NCBI GenBank assembly: GCA_964595725.1
Contig: CAZQRQ010000011.1
Coordinates: 7,065 to 71,064, forward strand
Source: an uncultured Rikenellaceae bacterium
GTDB lineage: Bacteria > Bacteroidota > Bacteroidia > Bacteroidales > VadinHA17
Length of the DNA: 64,000 nucleotides
Reading direction: 5' to 3'
Under the pieces are notes generated by a model. That model was not told the DNA's origin. It saw only the letters and a program-made list of their open reading frames with translations, and did no database searches. The position numbers and the translations under genes were made by a program. This document shows positions 47,695 through 57,903 of this stretch, one piece after another. The first letter of the stretch is position 1. Every line of letters starts with the position of its first letter.

Positions 47695-48705
47695 TTAATT
47701 TTTCTTCAGTGCCTCACTTACCTTTGCTTTCAGTTCATCGTATAGTTCCGGATTATCCTTGATGATCTGCTTGACTGCGTCTCTTCCCTGTCCCAGCTTG
47801 GTTTCTCCATAGCTGAACCATGAACCGCTTTTTTTAATTATATCAAAATCCACTCCCAGATCGACAATTTCACCTATCTGAGAGATTCCTTCACCATAAA
47901 GAATGTCGAAATCCGCTTTTCTAAAAGGTGGTGCGAGCTTATTCTTGACTATTTTCACCCTGGTCCTGCTACCTGTCACGTCCTCACCTTCTTTTATCTG
48001 GTTAACCCTCCGGATATCAAGTCTGACGGATGCATAGAATTTCAGGGCGTTACCACCTGTTGTGGTTTCGGGGTTACCAAACATCACACCGATCTTTTCG
48101 CGAAGCTGGTTTATAAATATGCATGATGTGTGGGTCTTATTTATATTAGCAGTCAGTTTTCTTAAGGCCTGTGACATGAGCCTGGCCTGAAGCCCCATCT
48201 TGGAATCACCCATCTCACCTTCGATCTCAGCTTTCGGGGTCAGGGCAGCTACCGAATCTATAACAACTATATCAAGTGCTCCTGATCTGATAAGGTGGTC
48301 TGCGATTTCGAGGGCCTGTTCACCATTATCCGGTTGGGAAATAAGCAGGTTTTCAACATCAACTCCTAGTTTTTCGGCATAGTTCCTGTCAAAAGCGTGT
48401 TCTGCGTCTATTATTGCTGCAATACCGCCGTTTTTCTGAGCTTCGGCTATTGCATGAATTGCAAGTGTAGTTTTACCAGAGGCTTCAGGTCCGTAGATCT
48501 CTATAACCCTTCCCCTGGGAAGGCCTCCGATGCCAAGTGCTGCATCAAGACCTATCGATCCGGTTGAAATGACCTGAACATTATCAACGGCGTGATCGCC
48601 AAGTTTCATTATGGTTCCTCTTCCAAAGTCCTTTTCTATCTTACCAAGGGTTACCTCAAGTGCTTTCAGCTTGTCCTTGTTGACTTCTTTCTTTTCGTTA
48701 CTCAT
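47695..48705 (-). CDS. recA: Recombinase A
   Basis: [43 protein letters not shown]; no intein. Confidence 0.98.
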   Translation of the reverse strand: MSNEKKEVNKDKLKALEVTLGKIEKDFGRGTIMKLGDHAVDNVQVISTGSIGLDAALGIGGLPRGRVIEIYGPEASGKTTLAIHAIAEAQKNGGIAAIIDAEHAFDRNYAEKLGVDVENLLISQPDNGEQALEIADHLIRSGALDIVVIDSVAALTPKAEIEGEMGDSKMGLQARLMSQALRKLTANINKTHTSCIFINQLREKIGVMFGNPETTTGGNALKFYASVRLDIRRVNQIKEGEDVTGSRTRVKIVKNKLAPPFRKADFDILYGEGISQIGEIVDLGVDFDIIKKSGSWFSYGETKLGQGRDAVKQIIKDNPELYDELKAKVSEALKKN

Positions 48706-48715
48706 TCTTAGCCTT

Positions 48716-49189
48716 TTAATTATATAGTTTAAAAATCTGTTCCGTATGTGCAGCTGTATCTACCTTTTTGACAACCTTTTCAATCAGTCCTTTTTCATCA
48801 ATAATATAAGTCGTTCTGAGGACTCCGGTTACTGTTTTGCCGTACATCATCTTCTCTCCCCAGGCACCATATTCGTTCATGATTTTTTTATCAGGATCTG
48901 CTATCAGCGGAAATGGAAGCGAGTATTTTTCAGAAAATCCCTTGTGAGACTGCTCCGAATCGGGACTTATTCCTATGACTGCGAATCCCCTGTCAATCAG
49001 TTCCCGGTAGTTATCCCTGAGGTTGCATGCTTCTTTTGTGCAACCCGGAGTATTGTCTTTAGGGTAAAAATAGAGGATTACTTTTTTCCCTGTGAAGTCA
49101 CTGAGCTTAACTGTTTTTCCTTCCTGATCATTCCCTTCAAAATATGGTGCTTTTTGACCTACATTTAAATGTGCCATTTGATGAATCAT
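48716..49189 (-). CDS. bcp: Thioredoxin-dependent peroxiredoxin (BCP)
   Basis: [27 protein letters not shown]. Confidence 0.95.
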   Translation of the reverse strand: MIHQMAHLNVGQKAPYFEGNDQEGKTVKLSDFTGKKVILYFYPKDNTPGCTKEACNLRDNYRELIDRGFAVIGISPDSEQSHKGFSEKYSLPFPLIADPDKKIMNEYGAWGEKMMYGKTVTGVLRTTYIIDEKGLIEKVVKKVDTAAHTEQIFKLYN

Positions 49190-49363
49190 TTTGTTATTAA
49201 TGGTAAAATTACGAAGTTTGAATTGTTATTTATTATAAAACATACTAATTGTTATTAACAATAAACCAGGGGCAAATGTTTCAGTATATGTTGGTAAAAT
49301 TCATAATATGAGATTGTTGTGAGAGAGGAAAAAACAACTTCGGCTTCACTGACACAATCGGGC

Positions 49364-50956
49364 ATGAGAATACTGGTAATTTTCCTGCTCTTAATATTAT
49401 CCCTATTAACATATTCGCAGGCTATCAGCCAGAGGGTTACCCGGCAGACTGCTACTGAAGCCTATTCGCGGGAGGATTTTGCAACTGCACTCAGGCAATT
49501 TACTGAATTATCACAACTTTTTCCACGGGACCCCTTGTATCAGTATTATTGCGGGGTGTGTCTTGTAAGACTTGAACAGGAACCTGTAAAGGCTTCAGCA
49601 TTATTATTGGAGGCAATAAAAGGGTCGGCTGCAATCAGGACTGTTCCTTCCGATGGGTACTTTTACCTGGGAAGAGCTCAGCAGATGTCGGGCCGGTTCG
49701 AAGATGCAATCAAGTCGTTTAACAACTTTTCTACTCTTGTTGGCAGGAGGGAAGCCAGAGATATGAATGTTGATGATTTTATCGGGCAGTGTAAGGCCGG
49801 CGAGGGAAGTATTGAGGCTGATAAGCCTGATATCGATATCAGGGATGCTAATGACCAGCAGCAGGCAAATAATCGGGTAAATGCTGATACGGTTCCTGGT
49901 GAATATGATAAAATGATGAGCCAGGCATTGGACCTGCAGTATAAATCAGATTTGGCAGGCAGGCAGGCAGATACCTTACGATCCGGTTTAGAGGGCGCCG
50001 ACAAAAACAGCAGGAAGATAATTACAGCCAGGATCGATGACTTTGAGGAAGATGCGGATGAGTACCGGAAGCAGGCTGACAGTAAAATCCGTGAAACCAG
50101 GGGAGAGGCAGAATTGACTGGTGAATTGCAACCCGATACAATTACTGAGAATATTAAATTATCTCAGCCAGATCAGCAGGATAGACGGGCCCTAGATAGT
50201 AAATTTCCGGAAGTGGAGGTTATAAATGATACGGTTATTATCCCATCGCAGCGTAGTGTAGAGATCTTTTCAGTATTCGAAATCAGGAAAAATCCTGAAG
50301 CATGGCCTGAAGAAAATATTGAAATAGATCCCAAGCTTCCGGCAGGGCTTGTCTACAGGGTTCAGGTAGCTGTTTTCAGGAATCCAGTATCCTCTGCATA
50401 TTTCAAAGGAATGAATCCTGTCTATGGATTTAAAAATCCCTCAAATGGATTGACCACCTACTATGCAGGGTTGTTCCGAAAATCGGATGATGCCGGGAAT
50501 GCCCTCTCCAGGATAAGAAATCTGGGATTTAAAGATGCTTTGATAGGAGCTGTTATGGATGGAAAGGTTATATCTGCCGACAGGGCTGAACTTCTTGAGA
50601 AGGACTGGAGAGATAAACCATTGCAGGTTCTGAAACCTGATCTTCTGGAAACTGTGGCTGATACAATGCCGCCGATACTTGTTTTCAGGATAGAGGTGTC
50701 GAGGTCACAGAAACCTTTGTCGAAGGATAAAATTGATAATTTCCGCAAGCTTTCAGGCAACAGGGGATTTGATATTTTAGTGAACGAATCGAAGGAAAGC
50801 GTTTATCTTATTGGCAAGTTCATAAGTTATCAGAGTGCCTCTGAATTTGCAGACCTCCTGGTCAGGAACGGGCTTCAGGATTCCAGGGTAGTTGCTTACC
50901 TCGGCAAGAGGGAGATCCCGGTTGACGTTGCCAGGGAATTGTTTGAAAAGTACTGA
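49364..50956 (+). CDS. Exported TPR protein with two C-terminal SPOR-like domains
   Basis: Signal peptide from ATG 49364; TPR helices (YY.G.C, YFYLGRA.Q); coiled coil; two YRVQV/FRIEV...G.F...A....G..DA/DS repeats. Confidence 0.72.
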   Translation: MRILVIFLLLILSLLTYSQAISQRVTRQTATEAYSREDFATALRQFTELSQLFPRDPLYQYYCGVCLVRLEQEPVKASALLLEAIKGSAAIRTVPSDGYFYLGRAQQMSGRFEDAIKSFNNFSTLVGRREARDMNVDDFIGQCKAGEGSIEADKPDIDIRDANDQQQANNRVNADTVPGEYDKMMSQALDLQYKSDLAGRQADTLRSGLEGADKNSRKIITARIDDFEEDADEYRKQADSKIRETRGEAELTGELQPDTITENIKLSQPDQQDRRALDSKFPEVEVINDTVIIPSQRSVEIFSVFEIRKNPEAWPEENIEIDPKLPAGLVYRVQVAVFRNPVSSAYFKGMNPVYGFKNPSNGLTTYYAGLFRKSDDAGNALSRIRNLGFKDALIGAVMDGKVISADRAELLEKDWRDKPLQVLKPDLLETVADTMPPILVFRIEVSRSQKPLSKDKIDNFRKLSGNRGFDILVNESKESVYLIGKFISYQSASEFADLLVRNGLQDSRVVAYLGKREIPVDVARELFEKY

Positions 50957-50964
50957 CCGGAGAG

Positions 50965-51375
50965 TTAACTATGGAACAACCTGTAAAGTAACCTGTCGAA
51001 CAGGGAAAGTGCCAGGAATCCACCAGCTATGTATAATATTATGGCTGGTATCGATATAGAATACAACCAATCAGCATTTATCTCCGGGAGGTTTATTTTT
51101 ATCCTGTCAAGAGCTGTTAAAATTTCCGGAAACATATTGCTGTCAGTATGCGGCAGGAAGATTAATGCCATCGTTATCAGAGATATTGTCACCATAATTG
51201 TTATAGCCGGAACTGCAATTCTTGTTCCGAATAATCCTCTTAAAGGGTAGAGGGCAGTTTCGCTCTCAATACGATTCATTACTCCTTTCGTGAATCCCTC
51301 CGGAGCAGCTATCCTGCTGCCGGGATTAACATATTTACTGAGAAAATCTTTCTCTCCAGATCTATCTCTGTTCAT
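50965..51375 (-). CDS. Putative anti-sigma factor (two TM segments)
   Basis: Overlaps the ECF gene by 14 nt; N-terminal APEGFT.GVM.RI followed by hydrophobic helices. Confidence 0.7.
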   Translation of the reverse strand: MNRDRSGEKDFLSKYVNPGSRIAAPEGFTKGVMNRIESETALYPLRGLFGTRIAVPAITIMVTISLITMALIFLPHTDSNMFPEILTALDRIKINLPEINADWLYSISIPAIILYIAGGFLALSLFDRLLYRLFHS

Positions 51376-51943
51376 TGTTAATTAGGTTTTTAGTTTCAGC
51401 TTTTTCAATGATCTCACACATTTTCTTCCTGGCTCTGAAAAGTTTCGTCTTAACATTAGATATTCCTATTCCTGTTATTTCAGATATTTCATTCACTGGA
51501 AGATCTTCGTAATAAAATAGAGTAATCAAGGCTCTGTCGTCTTCTCTTAAGTTCCTCAGCGCAAAGTTAACCAGAGATTTTCTGTATTCCATCATCTCTG
51601 TCTCCTCTGTTGAACCATTTATGGCAAAATCGGATGGAACAGCAGGAAAATCATCCAGGTTCAAAATTGTTTTATTCTTTGTCCTGATGTATGATATCGC
51701 AGTATTATATACAATCCTGTACAGCCAGGTCGAAAAACTGCTTTTCATCCTGAATCCGGATAGTGACCGGTACGCTTTAAGAAATGAGTCCTGCGCAATT
51801 TCTTCGGCTTCTTCGTTATTGCCACATACACGTAAAGCCAGATTATAAACATGATCTTTATGCCCGTTTACAAGAAAAGTAAATGCTGAAATATTACCAT
51901 CAAGAACCTGTCTTATGTAATATAAATCACCCTTATAATCCAT
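51362..51943 (-). CDS. ECF RNA polymerase sigma-70 factor (SigW-like)
   Basis: AEEIAQDSFLKAY, FSTWLYRI.YN, LFY.EDL...EIS.ITG...SNVKTKLFRAR. ATG 51943 chosen because the track's GTG 51952 abuts the predicted -10. Confidence 0.94.
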   Translation of the reverse strand: MDYKGDLYYIRQVLDGNISAFTFLVNGHKDHVYNLALRVCGNNEEAEEIAQDSFLKAYRSLSGFRMKSSFSTWLYRIVYNTAISYIRTKNKTILNLDDFPAVPSDFAINGSTEETEMMEYRKSLVNFALRNLREDDRALITLFYYEDLPVNEISEITGIGISNVKTKLFRARKKMCEIIEKAETKNLINNEQR

Positions 51944-51952
51944 ATCTGACAC

Positions 51953-51981
51953 TTTGACGAGTTAAATTAAGAAAGGGTTAC
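51953..51981 (-). promoter_or_regulatory. ECF promoter GTAACC-N16-CGTCAAA driving the sigma gene
   Basis: Reverse complement read directly from the sequence; classic ECF -35/-10 geometry. Confidence 0.75.
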
Positions 51982-52010
51982 AAATATTGTTTTAATTTTT
52001 ACGAATTTTT

Positions 52011-52039
52011 GTAACCCGTTGCCGATATTAATAGTCTAA
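52011..52039 (+). promoter_or_regulatory. ECF promoter GTAACC-N16-AGTCTAA driving the divergent small membrane protein gene
   Basis: Same -35 (TTTGTAACC) and 16-nt spacer as the opposite-strand copy. Confidence 0.7.
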
Positions 52040-52075
52040 AGGGCAAAAAGAAATGTTTAATTTAAAATAAGAGAG

Positions 52076-52420
52076 ATGGCAGTAGCAATTATTTTTATCG
52101 CATTATTTGCGGCAGTATTCGGGATAATGTATATATACTATACATCCAGAAACAAAGAGCGTCTTGCATTGATCGAGAAGGGAGCTGATGCGAGTTTATT
52201 CAACATTGGCAAGGAAGTATCGAAAAGAACATTCAGCTGGAATAAGTTTACCCTGAAAATCGGCATGTTGTTCATGGGAGTGGCAACAGGAATTATTGTG
52301 GGAGCAATTCTGACCAGTGCCGGAGTACTTTCCGAAGGGGCAAATTTATCTTCCATGATTTTCTTCTTCGGAGGATTAAGCCTGGTGCTTTATTATTTTA
52401 TTGAAAGGAAGAACGGCTGA
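52076..52420 (+). CDS. DUF6249-like small membrane protein
   Basis: TM helix, R.KERLALIEKG.D, LK.G....G...G, C-terminal FFFGGL.L..Y. Confidence 0.75.
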   Translation: MAVAIIFIALFAAVFGIMYIYYTSRNKERLALIEKGADASLFNIGKEVSKRTFSWNKFTLKIGMLFMGVATGIIVGAILTSAGVLSEGANLSSMIFFFGGLSLVLYYFIERKNG

Positions 52421-52465
52421 TAATCACTCTGAAAATATTTTTGACTCTTTTCTTTTCATGAACAG

Positions 52466-52500
52466 CACGGATAAGCCTGGAGGCTATCCGTGTTTTTTTT
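52466..52500 (+). terminator. Intrinsic terminator after the DUF6249-like gene
   Basis: CACGGAT-A-AGCC-TGGA-GGCT-ATCCGTG stem followed by T8. Confidence 0.85.
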
Positions 52501-52534
52501 ATATTTTTGAGGTAAATAAATACCGAAGTCTGTA

Positions 52535-53809
52535 ATGATTTCTAATTTCGATCCTGTCGCGTGGCTAAATGATCTGTTTACTGGTGCTGGTTTCAGTTAC
52601 AACTTCTCGAATTTTTTCAGTGTATCGATAATTATCATTGCCACAGCTTTCTTAAGCTGGCTTGCAAACCTTGCAGCCAAGACAGTAATCAGGTTTTTTG
52701 TGACTAAGGTGGTGAAGAGGTCAAACCTTCAGTGGCCGTTAGTGATCCAGCAGCACAAAGTATTTACAAGGCTGTCACACTTCGCTCCGGCAATTATTAT
52801 CTGGTTTATGGCAGGATGGACACTAAAGGAATCACATTTCTGGCTTGGCTTTATTCAAAACCTGACATATGTATATATGCTGGCAATAGGAATGGTGGTG
52901 TTAATTGCGTTTGTTGAATCGTTATACAGGATATATGAGTCACTGCCTATTTCCAGTCACAGGAGTATTAAAGGCTATATTCAGCTGATTAAGATACTTA
53001 TCTTTATAATTATCCTCCTGGTTGTCATTTCTGTTGTATTTAAAATGGATTTGAGTGTCATAATCGCAGGCCTTGGCGCCATGGCAGCAGTCCTGATACT
53101 GGTTTTCAAGGACATACTCCTGAGCCTTGTCGGGAGCATTCAGCTATCTGCGGACAAAATGGTTAAGGTGGGTGACTGGATAACCATGCCCGGCAGAGAA
53201 CTTGACGGAACAGTGATAGATATCACTCTTAACACCGTTAAAGTCCAGAATTTTGACAAGACTATTGTAACAGTTCCGACTTATGCTCTGGTAAAGGAGT
53301 CTTTCCAGAACTGGGCAGGGATGCAGGAAGCAGGAGTGAGGAGGATAAAGAGACCAATACCTGTAGATATTAAAACCATCAGATTCATTGATGATAAGCT
53401 GCGACAAAAGATCTCAATGATTGGCGAGTTGAAAGAGATGCTTGATAGTTTTGAAAACCGTACAGCGGGTTATAAAAAAGAAGTATCAGATGATCATTTT
53501 TTCAATCCATGGAAGCTTACAAACCTCGGATTATTCAGGATTTATGCTGAGGAGTACCTGAGGAGGCATCCGGTAGTTGACAAGAACCAGACAATTGTTG
53601 TCAGGCATAGGGAAATAGAGGGGAACGGTCTGCCACTGCAGATATATGCATTCTCCTCCGATACGGGTCTAGCCGCCTATGAGAGTCTTCAGTCGGAGAT
53701 ATTTGAACATCTGCTTGCAATATTAGGTGAATTCGACCTTAAGGTTTACCAGCCGACAGGTGAGGAGATACTGGAGCTGACAAGGAACAGAAACATAAAA
53801 AACACTTAG
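52535..53809 (+). CDS. MscS family mechanosensitive channel (YbdG-like)
   Basis: GLGAM.AVL.LVFKD.LL, GDWI.MP, VQNFDKTI.T.PTY.L...SF.NW.GM...G.RRIKR. Confidence 0.9.
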   Translation: MISNFDPVAWLNDLFTGAGFSYNFSNFFSVSIIIIATAFLSWLANLAAKTVIRFFVTKVVKRSNLQWPLVIQQHKVFTRLSHFAPAIIIWFMAGWTLKESHFWLGFIQNLTYVYMLAIGMVVLIAFVESLYRIYESLPISSHRSIKGYIQLIKILIFIIILLVVISVVFKMDLSVIIAGLGAMAAVLILVFKDILLSLVGSIQLSADKMVKVGDWITMPGRELDGTVIDITLNTVKVQNFDKTIVTVPTYALVKESFQNWAGMQEAGVRRIKRPIPVDIKTIRFIDDKLRQKISMIGELKEMLDSFENRTAGYKKEVSDDHFFNPWKLTNLGLFRIYAEEYLRRHPVVDKNQTIVVRHREIEGNGLPLQIYAFSSDTGLAAYESLQSEIFEHLLAILGEFDLKVYQPTGEEILELTRNRNIKNT

Positions 53810-53814
53810 AAATT

Positions 53815-55035
53815 ATGAAATACAACGACAGAAGAATACTGGAATTTTTGCATAAAGACCTTGATGAGAAAAGGTTAAGACCCGGGAAAGATCCATTCTG
53901 GCAATCCCTGGCAGCAACAGGCACAACACTATGGCTTGATACAGGAGACATGCAGGAAGCAGAAGCAAACTGGACATATGAGATGAGTGCACTTACAACG
54001 AATAATACGCTGCTTAACAATGAGATACAGAAAGGTATATATGATGATTTCATTGCTGAGGCCAGGTCGCTCGTGTCTGGCCGGCCTTACGACGAACAGG
54101 TCAAGGAGATAGCATTTATGCTTAATGCGCGTCACGGATTAAGGCTTGCCCTAAGGTTCGGAGGTATGGTAAGCGTTGAGCTTCATACTGATACTGCTAA
54201 TGATATTGAGGCAATTGAATATTATGGAAAACGTTTTCATGAAATAAATCCTGAGCAGTTCATCGTTAAGGTACCCTATACCGCTTCGGGATTACTGGGA
54301 GCCAGGAAACTCAGGAATGAAGGTGTAAGGATCAACTTCACCCTTGAGTTCAGTGCAAGGGAGAATCTAATGGTTACCAGGGTTGCACGTCCTGATTACC
54401 TCAATGTATTCCTTGGACGGATAGGAGCTTATATTTCGGGAAACAAATTGGGAGACGGTCTGGGGGCAGGTGAGATGGCTGTACTGTCGTCGCAGAAATG
54501 GGTAAAGAAATACTCATCCCTTAATCCCTGGCCAACAAAACTGATTGCCGCAAGCCTAAGGAATTATGAGCAGCTGGCATTGCTGGCAGGAACTGATGTA
54601 TATACAATTCCACCAAAGGTTGCTGCAGAGGGAAGAGCAAATCTTGACAGTGTGTTTCACTCAAGGCTTGATGAGGAATATCCCGTGAACATTTCAGAAC
54701 TTGGAGAGGGTACTCATATTGATGATTTCTGGGGGGTGAATAAAAGAGTTATACGACTTGCCGATACCCTTTCAGAGATATTACCGGTTAGCGGAGACGA
54801 GCTTATTGCCCGTGCCCACGACGCGGGATGTGGCGATATGTTCCCGTTTCTATCGGATGATGAAAAAGAGGCAATTGCATCTGATGGGAAAATACCATTG
54901 TTCTCTAGATGGGAAAAAAGACTGCGGGAGGGGAGCATCTCACCTGACACCCTGCTTACCCTGGCAGGTCTTGCATCATTTACTGCTGATCAGACTATGC
55001 TTGATGACAGGATCAGAAGCATTACCGGGTTATAG
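53815..55035 (+). CDS. tal: Transaldolase family protein (long form)
   Basis: LWLDT, TTNNTL, VSVEL, IVKVPYT (Schiff-base Lys), INFTL.FS, FLGRI, IAASLR. Confidence 0.8.
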   Translation: MKYNDRRILEFLHKDLDEKRLRPGKDPFWQSLAATGTTLWLDTGDMQEAEANWTYEMSALTTNNTLLNNEIQKGIYDDFIAEARSLVSGRPYDEQVKEIAFMLNARHGLRLALRFGGMVSVELHTDTANDIEAIEYYGKRFHEINPEQFIVKVPYTASGLLGARKLRNEGVRINFTLEFSARENLMVTRVARPDYLNVFLGRIGAYISGNKLGDGLGAGEMAVLSSQKWVKKYSSLNPWPTKLIAASLRNYEQLALLAGTDVYTIPPKVAAEGRANLDSVFHSRLDEEYPVNISELGEGTHIDDFWGVNKRVIRLADTLSEILPVSGDELIARAHDAGCGDMFPFLSDDEKEAIASDGKIPLFSRWEKRLREGSISPDTLLTLAGLASFTADQTMLDDRIRSITGL

Positions 55036-55776
55036 TGTTGCATTGCGCTGCCTTATAATTTCATAAAGCAGGATACCACTGGCAACGGATACGTTTAGCG
55101 ATGCTATGGCTCCCGACATCGGTATTTTTACAATCTTATCCGAAACTGCGAGAAGTTCCCTGCTGATACCCCTGTCTTCAGAACCCATAATCAAAACGAC
55201 CGGGCCCGCGAGTTCCTCCTTAAAAGCGTCATTGCCTGTTTTTTCATCGGCAGCAATTACTTTTAATCCTGAATCTTTAAGATATTCAATGCTTTTCACA
55301 AGACTTTTCTCACGGCAAACAGGCAATGAATGCAATGCTCCTGCCGACGCTTTTATTGCATCAGCATTAATCCTAGCAGATCCTTTTTCAGGAATCAGGA
55401 CAGCATGTGCTCCCATGCATTCGGCCGACCTTACTATAGCGCCCAGGTTTCGCACATCGGAAACACCGTCAACTGCTATGACCAGAGGATCCTGACCATT
55501 CTCGTATATCGCCGGGAGGATGTTACTTAAATCCTGGTATTCTATCAGTGAAAGCCATGCCAGTATGCCCTGGTGATTTTTCCTGGTTACCAGTTCGATC
55601 CTTTCGACCGGAACAATCTGGTACGGGATCTGGTGAATTCTGACTTCATTCATGAGCTCATGGGAAAGAGCTCCCTGGAGGCCCTGCTTAATAAGGAGAC
55701 GATCAATCTGCTTACCAGCCCTTATGGCTTCGAGAACAGGGTGAAACCCAAAGATGTAATCACTGTCCTTGTACAT
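55030..55776 (-). CDS. rlmB: 23S rRNA (guanosine2251-2'-O)-methyltransferase (SpoU/TrmH)
   Basis: FG.HPV.EA, NHQG, D.RNLGAI.RSAEC.G, MGSEDRG, SLNVSVA. Confidence 0.92.
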   Translation of the reverse strand: MYKDSDYIFGFHPVLEAIRAGKQIDRLLIKQGLQGALSHELMNEVRIHQIPYQIVPVERIELVTRKNHQGILAWLSLIEYQDLSNILPAIYENGQDPLVIAVDGVSDVRNLGAIVRSAECMGAHAVLIPEKGSARINADAIKASAGALHSLPVCREKSLVKSIEYLKDSGLKVIAADEKTGNDAFKEELAGPVVLIMGSEDRGISRELLAVSDKIVKIPMSGAIASLNVSVASGILLYEIIRQRNATL

Positions 55777-55782
55777 TTAATG

Positions 55783-57120
55783 TTATATATCAGATGGATT
55801 GTCGAGCCTGAATACTATCCCGTTACGCCAGGCAAGAACTGCCTGATCCCAGTAGGATACAACTGTTTCACTCCGGCTGAGCGAATATTCATTATCTGTA
55901 AATTTATTTTCTCTTTTTTTGAAATTAAAGAAGAGATATTCTTCCCTGACACTGTACCTGGAACCCCATGATGATTTGACAACAGGTCTTTTGTACCCCC
56001 ATGACTCTTCCTCATTTGATTTATACAATTTGTCGGGAGGACCATATAATATATATATCATTCCCCTGTCAGTTCTCCATCCTTCCCTGGATGATGTGAA
56101 ATAGTAGTTAGCATAAAGGGCCCTGGTATAGTATATTCTTATAAGCTCTCTTGACCTTTCAACGTTGCCTCCACACTTGAGCCAGAATTCATCAAGCGCC
56201 ATTTTTGGCTTTTCGCTGTTCTTTATCTCCTCCATTTCGTCAGGAGTGGCAAGGTAACCGAGAGGCTCGATCATCTCTTCGGCAGTTTTCATTGTCGGGA
56301 AGTTGGATCCGAAGTTGTAAAAGGTGTAACCTTCAGTAAGTTCCCTGCCCACAGTACAAAAATAGATGCCTTTCCTGGGAAACATAAGCGGGAGAGTATC
56401 AGAATACTGAATAGCAATTATGGTATCGGGATCCGAAGGTGCCGGTCTTTCAGGAAGGACCATCGATGGCGGGTAAGGAATGTCGGTAATACCCGGATAA
56501 TAAGATATGAAAAGGCTGTCCGGCCTTGTCTTCCCATAGATGAGGTTCAAATACTCATCTTTACGAACAACCGACTGGAGGAGCTCATTCTTCAGGAAAT
56601 GACCTTGTGCATAGAAATTGTACCGGTTAGTTTCAGATGTGGTATTGAACGGGACGAAAGCCTGTATCATGACCTGGCGTATCTTATCCATAACTTTGAC
56701 ATCGGCTATATATTGCATACCTTTCTCAACGCTGAGCGGGATCTTGTACATATATTCCTCCCTGCCTTCATCCTTAACAATATCAAGATTGTAGAATGCC
56801 GTATCGGACAGGGTTCTCCCCATTGATGTATTATATAGTCTGACAGAAATGAACATCATAGCCATGGGAATACCGGCAGGATTTGCCTCGGTGAAATAAA
56901 GATCAGATGTGAAAAATTTCACAGAAAGTACAGACTCATCGTCAGACCTGTTGAAAATACTGTATCTGGGATTTATGGAAATCCTTAGAGGGTTGTATAG
57001 ATATGAGAGGTCCTTTGAATCAACAGTAGTCCTTGTAGTACTGCAAGCCATAACGAGAAAGATGATCCCTGGTATCAGGAAGATCGTAGCTATGTATGAA
57101 TAATTTTTCCTCATCATCAC
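55783..57120 (-). CDS. GWxTD domain lipoprotein
   Basis: Lipobox VMAC; R..YAN.YF....EGWRTDRGMIYI.YGPPD signature. Confidence 0.88.
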   Translation of the reverse strand: MMMRKNYSYIATIFLIPGIIFLVMACSTTRTTVDSKDLSYLYNPLRISINPRYSIFNRSDDESVLSVKFFTSDLYFTEANPAGIPMAMMFISVRLYNTSMGRTLSDTAFYNLDIVKDEGREEYMYKIPLSVEKGMQYIADVKVMDKIRQVMIQAFVPFNTTSETNRYNFYAQGHFLKNELLQSVVRKDEYLNLIYGKTRPDSLFISYYPGITDIPYPPSMVLPERPAPSDPDTIIAIQYSDTLPLMFPRKGIYFCTVGRELTEGYTFYNFGSNFPTMKTAEEMIEPLGYLATPDEMEEIKNSEKPKMALDEFWLKCGGNVERSRELIRIYYTRALYANYYFTSSREGWRTDRGMIYILYGPPDKLYKSNEEESWGYKRPVVKSSWGSRYSVREEYLFFNFKKRENKFTDNEYSLSRSETVVSYWDQAVLAWRNGIVFRLDNPSDI

Positions 57121-57138
57121 CTAAAAATAATAATCTTT

Positions 57139-57903
57139 TTATTGGCTGCAATTTTTCCAGTCAATCTTGATCCTGCACAATTCTGTATTATCACTGATCC
57201 TGGAGACAGAATGAAAGAAAGAAGTCTTCAAAGGATCCAAGGCTTCTGTCTTTACTCCAATTTCATCATATAGTCTCGATTCAGCAATATAGTTGATTTC
57301 AGCTGAAACCGGCTGGTGCGACAGCCTGAAGTCCAAATCATACACGTCAGTCGCCCATTTGATATATGTTACGTTATTTACATGCCGATTGACATCAAGC
57401 TCGCTCATCGATACCTTAAGTATATTACTGGTTACCAGGTTGTCCCCGGGAGATTCGATCTTCAAGGCATTCCTTCCCAGTACTCCATCAGGTACGTAGT
57501 CATAATTATAACGCGTAATAAGGGTTCCCGGACGCTTTATCCTTTTTGTGTCGAGATCAAGCATCAGCCATGATGAAGAAGCTGCAGCGATCCTGCTTCC
57601 ATCCCTGGAAATAATTTCGAAATCCCTTAAAGAAAATATCCTTTCAGTGCCCCTTGTCCATGTCCTGATTGAAACATCGCTACCCCATTCAGGCCACTTA
57701 TACATTTCAACTGCGAGACGTGACAGAACCCAGAACTGGTTCTCCCTGAGAAGATCTTCTTTTCCAAATCCCAGTTTTTCCGCGTGGTCAGAGGCTATAT
57801 CCTGTAAAAAGTTGCATAATGCATGCAGGGTAATCTTACCGTCAGGGCCTGTCTCGTAAACATGTACAGAGTAGTCTTTTGTAAAATGCAGCTTCTCCAT
57901 CAC
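57139..57903 (-). CDS. Acyl-ACP thioesterase (double hotdog)
   Basis: LQD.A..HA..LG.G, WVLSR, P.WG..V.I.TW, RDF, ELDVNRHVNN. Confidence 0.92.
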   Translation of the reverse strand: MMEKLHFTKDYSVHVYETGPDGKITLHALCNFLQDIASDHAEKLGFGKEDLLRENQFWVLSRLAVEMYKWPEWGSDVSIRTWTRGTERIFSLRDFEIISRDGSRIAAASSSWLMLDLDTKRIKRPGTLITRYNYDYVPDGVLGRNALKIESPGDNLVTSNILKVSMSELDVNRHVNNVTYIKWATDVYDLDFRLSHQPVSAEINYIAESRLYDEIGVKTEALDPLKTSFFHSVSRISDNTELCRIKIDWKNCSQ

